Source: Macrostomum hystrix
Lineage: Eukaryota; Animalia; Platyhelminthes
Assembly: GCA_950097015.1 (NCBI GenBank)
Contig: CATNEN010000011.1
Span: forward strand, 372,001-436,000
DNA: 64,000 nucleotides
Direction of reading: 5' to 3'
A program made the translations under genes and the position numbers. The notes under the pieces were generated by a model. It ran no database searches. It worked only from the letters and a program-made list of their open reading frames with translations, and was not told the origin of the DNA. How positions within the stretch are numbered: the first letter of the stretch is position 1; every line of letters begins with the position of its first letter. This document shows positions 37,142-50,099 of the stretch, piece after piece.

Positions 37142-38378
37142 TTACCGCAACTCGCTTTTGCGATAAATGCTCATGCTTAAATGGAGCAACCGAACAAAAA
37201 CACTCACTGGGTTTTTCTCTCACACTGTCTGTCAGCTGACTTGTAGCGGAATAAATATTTTAGTTTTCCTTACTTATTTTAGTTTATTTCAAATTGAAAA
37301 AAGCAAACTTAATTTCACAAAGCTCGCTCGCACGGTAATTGATAACAACAAAAAAGTCGCGCCTAACAACGCTAATTTGTAAGTATTGTGCACTCAGTAG
37401 GAGAGGACATTGGATAGATAACAACAGAATGAGTAAAGTTAGTTAAAACAGGGCTGGAGTAACACAAATAAACATACAAATATTGTCGTGCACTAAAACA
37501 AACTGAATAAGCGCTAATTCGGTAAGAACTTGAAAGCAGAAAGTGATATGAAAATAAAAAACTGAAGAGTGGCCGATTTGGGCTCCTTGGGTTGAAAGCT
37601 GCGCCCATAGCTTAGACATCTTAACTGAAGACTAAGTCGCAGGATTTCAACTGGTATCCATAGCGACTAAGCTTTCAATCCAACAGAGCATCATTTACAT
37701 AAAGCGGTATGGACCAATAGGCAAAGCAAAACTGGCATAAGTTTGTGAAGCCTTCATAAAAACGGAGCCAAACAAATCATAAAAACTGGCTTTATTTTAG
37801 CGAGACGATTCCTGAAAAGCAAATAATAAATATAAATAGATCTCTATTAAAAACAAGTTTCGATTGGTTAACAGAAAGAGCACAGACAATAATCAGTAAA
37901 GTAAAACTGCAGATTAAACATATTAAATGAGCATGGGCAGTAGACTAACACCTACTCATCTAATTAGTTGGGTAAGAATCTAGTGCTCAAGTTAGCAGTA
38001 TGGCAGGTGAAACAAAGAAAACGCGCACGCAAATAACATAAAACAACGCAAGCGTGATGCTAAGCGCAGTGCTAAATATGAGATATAAAAAACTGAAGGT
38101 GAGAAGAATTTCACAAGGCCATGTTATCAATTAGAAAATAAATGAGAGAAAAGTAGGGAATCGGCTCAAGTCGGTGGTACGTGGATCGATTTCCAGACAG
38201 ACACAGACAACACCCAGATAGTGTATTATAGTTACTGTTTCAATTTATTCTGTGCGAGCTCTTACTTGAATCGTTAGTTCACAGATTTAGCTTCACTGTC
38301 AGGCGCAGTCGCAGTGAGAGGTCCTAGAAACAGACCTAGAACATTTAGTGACTCAGTGCGTGGCAGTGAAACCTTCAT

Positions 38379-41300
38379 TCACTTAGCAACGGCGCCGTCT
38401 TCGTCGGATTCTTCCTCGGCCTGTTCTAGCCAGTTCAGGAATTTGTTTAACTGCAATGCGTTACGAGTGATGATTTTTTAGCTTTAGTTAGACTACGATT
38501 TCTGAAGCCATTTAGTGACAACTGGCAAAACTAGGTATATAGTTCCTCTAAATTCAATCTAATGGTTCTGCTCAGATGCCAGCTAATGGTTCTGCTCAAT
38601 TTCAAGCTAATGGTTCTGCTCAGATGCCAGCTAATGGTTCTGCTCAATTTCAAGCTAATGGTTCTGCTCAGATTTCAGCTAATGGTTCTGCTCAGATGCC
38701 AGCTGATGGTTCTGCTCAGATTTCAAGCTGATGGTTCTGCTCAGATGCCAGCTGATGGTTTTGCTCAGATGCCAGCTGATGGTTCTGCTCAGATGCCAGC
38801 TGATGGTTCTGCTCCAGCTAACCAGCTAACGGTTCAATGGTTCTCCAATAACGAGCCAATGGTTTTTTGCACAAGCCGACTTTAAATCAGATACCTTAAA
38901 GAAAGCTCTCCAGCCCTGCTCACCTGGAACAGCGCCTTGCCCTTGTCGGGATAGGCGTGGTTGACCTCCTCCTTCCAGCGCACAATGGTCTCCTCGTCGC
39001 AGACCTCCAAGTCATAGACTGTCATGAAGGCGCGCAGCAGGGCCGCCGGCGGATTGCCAGCCCGAACCCAGTGCACCAGCAGGCCGTTCAGCAGTTCTAG
39101 GCCATCAAGATTGGCCAGCAGTTGGGCGTAAGGGCCAAGTCGAGTCTGCAAGAAGCAAACGGGAGAAATTATGGAGTTTTTTAAACAGTCTTTGACTTTC
39201 TCTAAACAGCTGTTTTTGCAGTTGCACCTCTGATTCTGCAATGCTAATCTCACAGTCCTCAGTGAGAGTATTCAATTTATCTAATTTCTAATTAAAACTA
39301 CGAGCATCTAACAATAGGCTGCATATTGTGCTGACCTTCTCCAGCTGCAGCTTCTCCTTGTCGGTGTGTTCGGCACTGCCCGGATCGGTTTCGACCGCGC
39401 TATAGACGTGGTGCACCAGGGCGTGAACGAACTCCGGCTTGCGCAGCAGCTCCTCGTCTGCGTTGGCTAGAAATGCGGCCACCTGGTCTGGAGCGGAGCC
39501 GACACGACCGCGTCGGAGATCCTCCAACAATTTGAGCTTCGGCACTAGGCCGGTGAGGCCGCGCTCCTCAACAGCTGCTAGGAGGTCGGCGCCTTCTGGC
39601 AGCAGTTCGGTCATTTGCAGTCCGGCCTCGGACAGGCGAGCCCTGATCCAGTCAGCAGAGCGCTGAGCAATGAGCTGCTGCAGAAGTAGCAAGCCAAGCG
39701 GGTGGTGACGCCCGCCGCGAAGGACGGAGAAACAGTCGGCAAGTGAGACCTGGGAGCAGTTTGGAAGAGGCAGCGTGAGGTAAGCGAGTTCTGATACCAA
39801 GATATACTGACGAAAGGGAAAAAATCAATCAAACCTGATTCTGCAGCACTAGCTGAGCAACTATTTTAGCGCTGCGCGATCGAACGAGAGGCACACCGGT
39901 AGACTCAAGCGAGGCCATCGAATGGTCGCAATACTGGCGGAGTCCGCTCAGCACCGAGCCGGCAGGACAGAGAGCCCTTGCCTGCTGGTGCTGCTTAACG
40001 TCAGCGATGTGAGGTGTTTCGCCCAGGTACTCCAGCAGGCTGACAACACTAGAGGGTTCAGCCTCAATGCCAGCCACAAGTAGTCGGTGAACCAGTAGTT
40101 CGGGTCGTTCAGTTGGCCAGGTCAGGCGATTGAGTTGGTCGCGAACCCAGGCATGATCTCCAGACCAAAGGCGGGTGCCAAGCGATTCTATATCGCGAGC
40201 GGCGATCACCTGGGCGAGGCGGTATGTCGATAAGATAGATCTATTGATAATTGTTCGGAGTCAGGGAGGCTGTTGCGCGGTATTTAGAGTTTCTTACTCC
40301 TAGCTAAGAGGTGTGGAGTTCGAATCCTAGCCTTTTAAAACAATTCGTATAGATAAGCGTGATATTTAGTTCCAGATTAAATCTTCGAGCATCTAACAAG
40401 CGAGAAATTTTCGTTACAGGATCTGTTCTCTGAAGCAACAGCAAGCCACGGGCTACCAAGCAAGCCATCTACCCCACATGCACAGGTACATTTAACCTAT
40501 TCTTATTAGTCTTTACTGAAAGCTGATCGCATATTAATTGCTAATAGTCATGGCATAGCTAACCTGCGGCGACTCCGGCTCCTCTTTCTTAGCTGTCGAC
40601 TGATGCTGCTGGCCCCTTCCGTAATTATGTCCCTTTGCTGTTACCTGACGGAAATAGGCAGGCTCAAACGTGAATGTCGCCTGCTTTGGCTTGGCTAACA
40701 GCGGCATGTCGTTGCGGCGCTGCTGCTGCAGCTGCGGGGGTGGCCCAGTCGGCTGCTGCCAACGGTGATGTCCTTGAGGAGCCAAAATCGTACCCCCACC
40801 CTGATGCTGCTGGTGCTGTAGTTGTTGCTTGTGCTGCTGTTGCTGCTGCTGCTGCTGCTGAGACCTAGCAGACATCTGGGGCAGCTGCTGCAATCGACCA
40901 AGCGATTGAAGCTTAGGTCCGAAAGGGGCCGCATTGCCGTTACCATTAGTCGCCGAAGCAGACGGAGGCACTTTTGGCTCCGCGCCACCGCTAGAGGATG
41001 GCATGGCGACATCCGATGAAGCGGCCGCAGCTGCTATCAGTGCCGGCTGATGCGGTCGTCGCCAGGCAGATGGCTCATCTTTCATGAGGGGTGGTGGATG
41101 CTGCGGCGGCGGTGGCTGCTGCATCAGGTGTCGCTCTTTAGACGCGTTAGACGCTGTCAAAAGCAGCGGCGCACTACTATGACCACCGTTGGAATTAGCG
41201 CCTCCGCCATTAACGGCGATGCCGCCGCCACTGCCGACTCCAGTTATTCCGCCAGCTCCATCGCGCCATTCGTCCATCATGCGCGGCCTATCGGCGTCGA

Positions 41301-42784
41301 CCTGCTGACCCAGCCGACGCGGCACCCAGGCGTTGCGCCGCAGCTCCAGCAGGTCGTCGAGCATGAAGCGCACGCGCAAGGGCAGACCGCCGCCGCCGGC
41401 CGCAGCTGCGGCAGTAGCCGATGCCGTTGTCGACATAATTTTGCCCACCCTAGCAAAGTACTGGTCGAACAGGTTGACGGCCGGCCCGGTGTCAAAGCGC
41501 CTGCCCGTGATAAGCAGCAGGGTGCACAGGCACTCCATATCCATAGGCAGGTTTGGGCCGCTCTTGCTGGCGAGCAGTTTTCTAATGCACCTGTGCAGCA
41601 CGGGCTCCGGGACGAGGCCGCGCAGGCTGAGCTCGCCAATGAAGCGGAACAGGCCAACCAGAGCGCTGAGTCGCCTGCTAGTGGCCTCTTCAAGCTGTTG
41701 ACGCCGCTGTTCATCGATATCGCCACCGGCAGCAGCGTCGCCGACGCTCCCATTGCCGGCATTGTTGACAACCAGTGGCGCTAGACCGGCTAAGACGTTG
41801 TGCCTACCTTCAAATCTGTTCTCGCAGTAGGCCAGCAAGAGCAGGCCGAAACTGCTGGCAGCCGCGGCGCCGATGGAGCCGGCCGCCGGCTGCTGCTGAC
41901 GAGACGCCGGCCTACCGCTATTGACGCTGGCAGCCGCTGAGCTCAATGGTGGCGATTCGAAATCCGGAGCGTCGCAACACAGGCGCAAGCAGAGATCGGC
42001 GTATAAACCGCTAAATTTTACCTCATTGCAAGCCTTCTCCAGTACTAGGTGGGCGATGTCCTTTAAAATCTGCTTGGACTCTATGCCAACATTGAGGATG
42101 TCGATTGATAGCTTGTCGAACTTTTCCGGTGTTATTTTGTTGAGAATGCTAAAAGATGCAATTAAAGCAAACTGAGCAAAATAACAAATTAGGTCCAAAG
42201 CATTAACCTGCTTCGTTATTAAAATAACTATCTAGATAAGCTAGGATTTACTGCTTACGCGGCTGATTAATGGGCAAAATGGACAATATCAGGATCAAGA
42301 ATATCAATTCGGGAATAGGTAATATATGAAAACCAGGCCAGGGTAATAAAGCCTCTTGGGTAAGGACTAGTGGTAGTATTGGCTAGCTGGAAGGTGGGTA
42401 GAATTGAACTAAGACTATGCCCCAAAGCTTTGAATAATAAGGAATAGAAACAAAATATGTAATAGAATAGAAACGAGCTTACCCCTTGACTTTTTTAACA
42501 ATGACCTGACGCCGCTCCTCCTGATCTAGACCAGCTTTGTTCACCTGAACAGGCGGAACCCATTTAGTTTGAGAGGGTAGAAACCGAAGATTGCTGGCGT
42601 TGTTGGTAGACGCTGCAGTTTGGTTTGTGGCGCAGTTGTTAATCTGCTGCACTAGACTGAAGCACGCTGCATTCGGCTGAGCCTGCTGCTGCTGCTGATG
42701 GCCAAAGTGAAGCTGATCATTAAAGCCGGCGGTTTTATAACTCTGCGGGGATAATCTGCGATCCCCAAGTGAAATTGTCTCCAG
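38379..42784 (-). CDS. EIF4G2: eIF4G2 / DAP5 / NAT1 (p97), about 989 aa, probable non-AUG start
   Basis: Exons (minus): 42784-42483, 42148-40564, 40209-39835, 39749-39336, 39145-38924, 38450-38379; total 2970 nt in frame. MIF4G (KVKG|ILNKITPEKFDKL...NVGIESKQILK), MA3-like region, W2 with KGKALFQ and acidic NWLEQAEEESDE tail. No eIF4E-binding YxxxxL-phi motif in the N-terminus. Confidence 0.93.
38560..38830. repeat. 24-bp minisatellite (agctaatggttctgctcagatgcc) in the last EIF4G2 intron
   Basis: Tandem periodicity. Confidence 0.9.
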
Positions 42785-43608
42785 AATTTTGATAAAGAGA
42801 GGTTTAGGGAAAAATAAAACAATTAAGGACCAGGGACCTCACTATAAGAAATGGACAATGCTATTTAAAACAAGTTTTCACCACAGATAGGCGACTCAGG
42901 TGTTGCAGCACGTCTGAAATGAAGGAGGAGAGAACGGTTTTATAAACAGTAAGGTATAAGCTATTAGCAATATAAAACAAATTACTAGCTTTAAATGAGA
43001 AACACTTCATGTTGACATGTAATTTTGCATACATAAACCAAAGTTTAACTAAATGAAGGACAGAAATAAAATTCAAATTTATTAAACATATTGAAATCCC
43101 ACATTCAGTCCATCACTAGATACTTGAATAAAAATCTTAAAGGTTGTCAATTGCCTTAGCACATACCCAGCCTTTTTTCTTTTTGCTTCTTTAAATGGAT
43201 CATTGAACTGTTGTTTATTTCCTGGTTAAAATAGATTAGCCACTTTCACTATAATGCTCTTTTGTTCATGTATCTTTTTTGACACTAGATAACAGTTTTT
43301 TGTTTTATGTGTTTAAAATAAAATACACTATAGAAAATGTAAAAGTATAATATTGCATGTAGATAATTTCTCACCATTAAATAGCAAACACCATTACTGC
43401 ATTATAAGCCTAAATTATATTTTGGCATATGCAACAAAAATCTAATACCAGAAACTTCCAGCATGCAACCCCACCTTCCACAATATGGTATGGTATACAT
43501 GTGATGTAATGCAGTTGTAGGCCCAACATATATTTAGCTGCCATTGACTGCTACAAACTTGATTTGTCACCCTTTATATTTGTTCTCATTTTTATCTGTA
43601 ACTGCCTA

Positions 43609-44538
43609 GGCAGAGCTTATTCCCACTGTCCTGTGCCGATAATTTCAATTTTATCCACACGGATCCGTGCCGATAATTTTCTGCTTATCCACACGGCAGC
43701 TTGTATGAATAGGTCTACAACTCTTTATATAAATATGCAGTGCCATTAATTTCAATTTTATCAACACGGTTCTGTTTTTTGAAATGAGATTCTTTTGGGT
43801 TTGAACGTTTTGTTGAATGCTTAAGACAATAGATTGACAAAGTTGCCAGTGTGTTACGACTGTTTTTTACATTTCGACCTACACTATACATTCATTAACT
43901 GACATTAATGTCATCCTTTTTAATTATTATAATAACAACTTACCTAATCTTTTCTCATCGTTTAGTGTTTTCATTTGAATTGTATAGACTTAAAAAGTAA
44001 GAAGTCTATCAAAGAAAATCATATGAGTCAACCAGCAGAATTCTAGTCAGCACCAAACTCGTCACACATATTATCACTCATCATTGTTATTATTTTATTT
44101 TACACTATGCATTGATAGTGTACACTATACACTATACTCTGAAGCAAAAGCCTTATGCTCAGAGAAGAATAGGTAGGGACTTGAAAGTAGACCTATTCAT
44201 ACAAGCTGCCATGTGGATAAGCAGAAAATTATCGGCAGGGATCCACATACATGTGCAACACCCGGCCGACCTGGCCAAAGCGGCTAGGTGAAACGAGGGC
44301 CAAGCAAGTAAGTCGCAAAAACCAATCAACCAAGTGCAAAAAAATCCAAGGGGGGACCAAGGGACAAAAAAGGAAGGCGTGAAGAAAAGGAAAAAGGGGA
44401 GAGAAAAAGAGAGCAAATGCGAGCAAACTAAGTCGCACGGCCAGCTAAGATTTAGGAGGTTGTGCATGTATGTGGATTGATGTGGATAATATTGAAATTA
44501 TTGGCACGGGACCATGGGAATAAGCACTTCCAACTGCC
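43609..44538. mobile_element. Putative MITE family 3 (TA|GGCAG...CTGCC|TA) with about 110-bp imperfect inverted arms
   Basis: 43609-43720 is the reverse complement of 44187-44242 plus 44476-44538. The arms carry a reiterated gccgataatt...ttatccacac motif. TA on both sides. Confidence 0.55.
44245..44473. mobile_element. Small MITE family 4, copy 1, nested in the right arm of family 3
   Basis: TIR ACATACATG. It interrupts an arm that is continuous in the left-hand copy. Homologous to 55742-55984. Confidence 0.65.
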
Positions 44539-44997
44539 TATGGCATAGCATGGGTCATTTCATTTGAAACTGGATGTTATAAGACAAAAAAGGCTTATCA
44601 ATCATGTAAAAGAGACTAGGGCTTTAATAAGGTGTAGGCCTAAGAGGGCTCAGGCCATAGTCCGGATCATGTTGACTGCATACCAGAAGAAAAATTGTGA
44701 ATAAATAGTTTGCAAGCCAAGGATGCAGAGTTTTTTAAATTGCACAGTAGTGCACACTAAGGTGTTACATCATATAATTTGTATAAAAAGAAGTAACACA
44801 TTTTTTGCTTTAAAGAGACAAACTGGCATCCATTTTTGTATTCAACAAAGAGCAAGATTAAACAGAACAATTTATTTATTTATAGTATTTATAGTACAAT
44901 TTACAAAACTTAAAAATGTTTTTACAAATAACAGAAAATGTTGTTTTAGTCCTGCAAAGTCTGTTAAATAATTGGTTGATATATGTAATTGTACATA

Positions 44998-47414
44998 TCT
45001 ATATATATAAAAGTGAAAACTCTGTCTGTCTGTCTGTCTGTCTGTGTGCAACCTTTTGTCTTTATAGACGCCGAAACCGCTCAACCAAATCGCACCAAAC
45101 TTTGCACATACCTAAAACCACCTACGCTGAGTGCAATAGGCTACTCAAATTCCCGAAAAATCATTTCCTTCCTGCTCAAAAGTGCAAAAAACTGCTCAAA
45201 AATCGTCAAAAAATCACTCAATTCGACATATCGTCGCCCCACTTTGTCAGATTTTCTCCAAATTTGATCCACTTACACTTTACATGTTTTCCAACAATGC
45301 TGTCAATTTTGAACATCTCTACTCAATCCAGAGCAAAGCTGCATCATCTCAAAGTGAGTCACTTTTTGTTTTCCGAGGACAGCCACCCCAACTCCCCTCC
45401 GCCACTCTGCGGGCCAAATTTTAATACAGCCACCCCCTCCCTTCCCCGGGCGCCGAAGCCCCAGACTGTACATTGCATTTCAAGCCGTGAATGTACACAG
45501 CCCAAACCCCTAGACTGTCTACTGGCCCCCAAGCAGCACTGAGACTGAGTGCGGTGAGTGCGGTGGCGTCCCAGTGCGCAGGGCTCTCCGGTCAATATTT
45601 CTCCAGCCAGCCTGGGATAGAAGAAAGAGAGAGGCTGGCGTACAGTGCTTTGCTAAAATACAAGACGGTTATCCGCTGTATCGACGGAGATCACGTGAGG
45701 ATGGCGGCTTTACCACTCGCATTATTCTATGCAGCCATGGGAATGAAGAGATCGATCTGGACAACAGATGGGTCGTTCCCTACTGCCCGCTACTGTCCAA
45801 GGTGTTCAATCCACACATCAACGTTGAGTACAGCAACTCTGTTAAATCAATCAAGTACATTTGCAAGTACGTGAACAAGGGTAGCGACCAAGCAGTGTTC
45901 AACATTGAGGGACCTGGAGGCATAGTAAACGAATTTGACGAAGTCAATCGCTTCAAGAGCGGAAGGTATCAGCTCTAACGAGGCAATGTGGCGAATCTTC
46001 GGATTCTCTATTCATGAACGCCACCCAACTGTCATGCACCTCAGTGTGCACCTGGAAAACGGTCAGAGAGTATACTTTACGGAGGAGAACATCCAGCAGC
46101 GTGCTCAAAGGCCACAGGACACTACTCTTACTGCTTTCTTCAAGTTGTGCGCTGAAGACCCCTTTGCCAGGACTTTGCTGTACCACCAGGTGCCTGCCTA
46201 TTACACATGGAACGCCTCTTCGAAAGGATGGAAGCGGCGGGTTCAAGGCGCTGCAGTTCCAGGCCATCCTGAAATACGACAGACTGATGCATTAGCTAGA
46301 GTACACGGTGCACCCAAACCACAGTGAATGCTACTACCTGCTACACACCGTGATTGGTCCGACGTCATTTAGACACATTAGAACGGTGGAAGGCCATACC
46401 TGCCAAACTTTTCATGAAGCATGTCAGCGACTGGGACTGCTGGAAGAGCTGGATGACCAGGAGCAGCTGGGACAGTTCATAGAGGAGAATGAGCCCCGAC
46501 TCATGCCTGAGCAGCTAGAGGCGTACCGCGAGCTATTGCGCAGAGTCAACAACAACGTTGGTGGCATGGTTTTTCTTGATGCTCCAGGTGGCACAGGAAA
46601 AAAATTTCTAATCAACCTCCTTCTGGCAAAGGTCAGGCAACGAGGCGACGTTGCCATTGCTGTAGCTTCCTCTGGAATTACAGCCACCTTGCTGCCAGGC
46701 GGTCGCACTGCCCACTCAGCACTGAAGTTGCCGCTTGATCTGTCTTGAGCGGAGAATCCGCTGTGCAACATCAAGAAAAACACAGGCACTGCCAGAGTGC
46801 TTCAGGCTTGCAAGCTTATCGTCTGGGATGAGTGTACCATGTCCCACAAACTGGCATTTGAAGCACTCAACTTAACTTTGAAAGACCTGCGCAATAGCAA
46901 TCAACTGATGGGTGGTGTCACTCTGCTGCTGTCTGGAGACTTTAGACAGACGCTGCCTGTGATTCCGCGAGGCACTCCTGCTGATGAGATTAATGCTTTC
47001 CTAAAATCATCTCACCTGTGGCCATCGGTTGTGAAGTTGCACCTACGAACAAACATGAGAGCTACAATTCAAGGAGACGAAACAGCTCATGAGTTCTCTG
47101 CCAATCTATTGCGAATCGGCAATGGTCTGCTGGAGATTAGCACAGAGAATGGGCAGTCATCGATCGCTACAATCGGAACCATTGTGCAGTCAGTGCAGGA
47201 GCTCAAGGCAAAAGTTTACCCGAACCTGATGGTTCGATATGCTGACGTTGACTGGCTGTCAGAGCCAGTACGCCCTTAAACAAACTCTTCACTTTTCATT
47301 CATGCAGTAAATAAATAAATGGTGACCTTCACTATAAAGTTAATACAGAGACGTGAATTGCTTACTGCTTTGCTTTAAATTTCTGCCCCAAAAACAACGG
47401 GCAAAAAAAGCTAG
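44998..47414 (+). mobile_element. Internally deleted Helitron with pseudogenised RepHel fragments
   Basis: 5' end A|TCTATATATATAAAAG followed by (ctgt)n; 3' hairpin TGCCC...GGGCA then CTAG|T. Rep motif SIKYICKYVNKG and PIF1 helicase motifs (LDAPGGTGK, GRTAHS, VWDE, GDFRQTLPV), broken by frameshifts and stops. Confidence 0.9.
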
Positions 47415-47727
47415 TAGATACATAAAACACATATTTGATCCCTTTTTAAGCGTATATAACTTTGACCTATCGGTTTTTACCGACGTTAAAATGTACATAC
47501 ACTGGAATGGGGTGGCTGCTATCGGAACAAGATTTTAATTGGGTGTGTGACAGGGAATTCCCTAACCCACCCCAAGTGGACAATTAGTCATGCTGATGAT
47601 TCATCTCTCAAAAAACCCCAACATTTAGGCTTCATATGAAATACATTGCCGACGTAAACTTTTCCCGACGCTAACTAAAAATATATATGCATTGATGCAT
47701 ATAATTGTTAGCGTTAGACATATCGTT

Positions 47728-49089
47728 AGACATACATAGATGTTTTCTACAATATTGGGTTGCACTTGCCTCACACTGAATTCTTAGCATACATGCACAT
47801 GCAGCGTGCCCAATATGGGAATGTATAATGCATACATTACCAGACAAAAACTAACAAGAAAGTAAGGTTTGTGACAAGTGAAAATTGACTAGGCCTATGT
47901 TTTAATGCCCAATGGCTACAGGCTAAGAGGGTTTCCAGTTTCATCATCTGCCACCATATTGTCACTATTCACTTTTCCTTTGTAGAAAGTCTTTCGTAAG
48001 CAAAGCAAAGCAAAAATGTCTGCAACCTTGCTATGGCTTTTATGGTCACAAAATAAAAGATCACATTCATTGTTTAAATAGGACTTTGAGTATGCCAGGA
48101 AGCTTGTGACAATTTGGTTTGTGGGAAGGTCTTGCTTTTTGCTATTACAAGTACTCAGCCCACTGGCACTGTTTAGTTTACATATGTAGTATAGCCAATA
48201 ACTATAGGCCCCTACAACTTAACAAGGATCTACCATCATAGTGGCATTGCATGAAAGTGCATATAAGATATCAGTATTTTAAGTGTTATATGTTCAACTC
48301 TGTTCAAATTAGTCAAAAAACTATTTGCATACTAGTGAATATTTTGACATTTCAGTTATAGCCAACTTGTCTACTCATGAATTTTACTTGCCTACAAATA
48401 AGTAAACTTTTCTGTGACTATGACTGTTGGCAGACAAGATGATAGGGTAATCTATCATCAACCAAACAAGAATGTGTATTTTTTTTACTTCAAACCTAAG
48501 CTACAGATTTTCTATTTAAGATATGATGATAAACCAAAAGCCAAGTTATAGAAAACAGTTACATCTTTCTAAAAAGTATCTGCATTTGCTATTTTATCAA
48601 ATAGAAAAAAAGTTATTTCTGCTTTTTATCTAAAACCGAACAATGATTTTCATGTATCTTCAAACCAAACAGAGAATTTGATGTTTGGTTTTACAATTTG
48701 AGTGAGTGGTTTAATCTTATTTTAAGGAGTGAACTATCATAAATTATGTAATTTGATTGCATTTTTCATGCTCTATAAATAACTACATTTATGGTCATTT
48801 AATTGGCAAGCAACCACATACAATCTTTGTCTAAAGTACATACTGAAAAAATGTAGTTAAAAAGTATGCTTTTGCAATAAAAAATTCTACTGAAACATCA
48901 ATATCTTTCTTTCCTCTTAATGCTTCATTGCACATCATGCCTCAGCTTGTAGATAATTTCTTCAACTTTCAAATTAGTTGTTCTGTGAAACACAATAGCT
49001 TGTTTCTGTCTTGCACAAGACCAAGGAAGAATTCAAAATTCTTGTTCGGTTTTGAAGATACACTGTTTGGTTGATGATACATTACCCTA
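47728..49089. repeat. Left arm of a 1.36-kb near-perfect inverted duplication (about 717 bp of flank plus MITE family 1 copy 2 at 48445-49087)
   Basis: Reverse complement of 53617-54993, apart from a few SNPs and 4-bp and 11-bp indels. Confidence 0.93.
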
Positions 49090-50099
49090 AATGAAGTTCT
49101 ATTCTACGAAGTTTTATAACCCATCACCCTTTCAAACCACTGCAGACACAGATTTTATAAACTATTTTTAATTTGGACTAGGCCTATTTTATAGCATTAA
49201 AGGCCTAGTTTAAGAACCCTTTTTCCCTAAATTATTGAGACTATTCAAATAGCGAAATTTATGTTGTGCTATAACAAGCGTAGACATTTTTTCGTGGCAG
49301 TCAAATATAAAAAAGACACAGATTACTTACTTATAAGCAAATAAAGCAAACAACAAAACTATTTACTGTAAAGGACAAAATTTGTCCTCAGATAATCGCG
49401 TAATTGCAAAAAATAATTTTGATTTCAAAATTGTTTGTCAACAAGTCACGAATTAAAAAAGTGATAAGTCGATGCACGTTTTAAACAAAGCACAACCATT
49501 AACATAAATAAAAAAGCTTTGTAAATATTTTTCCTCTAACTTTTTTACTTAGTAAGAAAAAATTATTGTATAATTTTATTTACATTATGTTGAAAAACTT
49601 CAGTGCGTCTTTGCGATATTGACGAAATAAAATATTGTACTTAACTACACACTGATACAATTTCTCTTAGGTCTTTCTAACCGATATTTTATAAATTAGC
49701 TAAATAATATAACTGCACAGATACATTATGCTTTTTCTATACGCACCTATAATAATGGATTGCTCGTTGCTGCGGTGAACGAAGGGAAAGTAGTTCTCAG
49801 CAATTTTAACATAGCTTTAACCGCGGTTGTCATGCACAAATAATTGCAAAGTGTAATGTTAAAGCTTTCCGAATGGTACAAAGCTGTACTTAAAAATGCG
49901 AGGTGTCGAAAGGTCTATAATGAAAATGAAAATATTCACTCTGAAATATGAGACATAAAATTTGTACTAATGTTGTATTTTTCTGATTAAATAGATACTT
50001 GAATTGAATTTATTTAGAATTCACAAAATATATTTTTATACCTAACTAGACTTTCACACCAGGGACAAGATAGTAACTTGTCGTCCCTACAGCAGAACT

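Noticed and set aside
43650-43695. Two TTATCCACA nonamers identical to the bacterial DnaA box
   Set aside because: They are subterminal repeats of a putative MITE in animal DNA; there are no other features of a bacterial origin.
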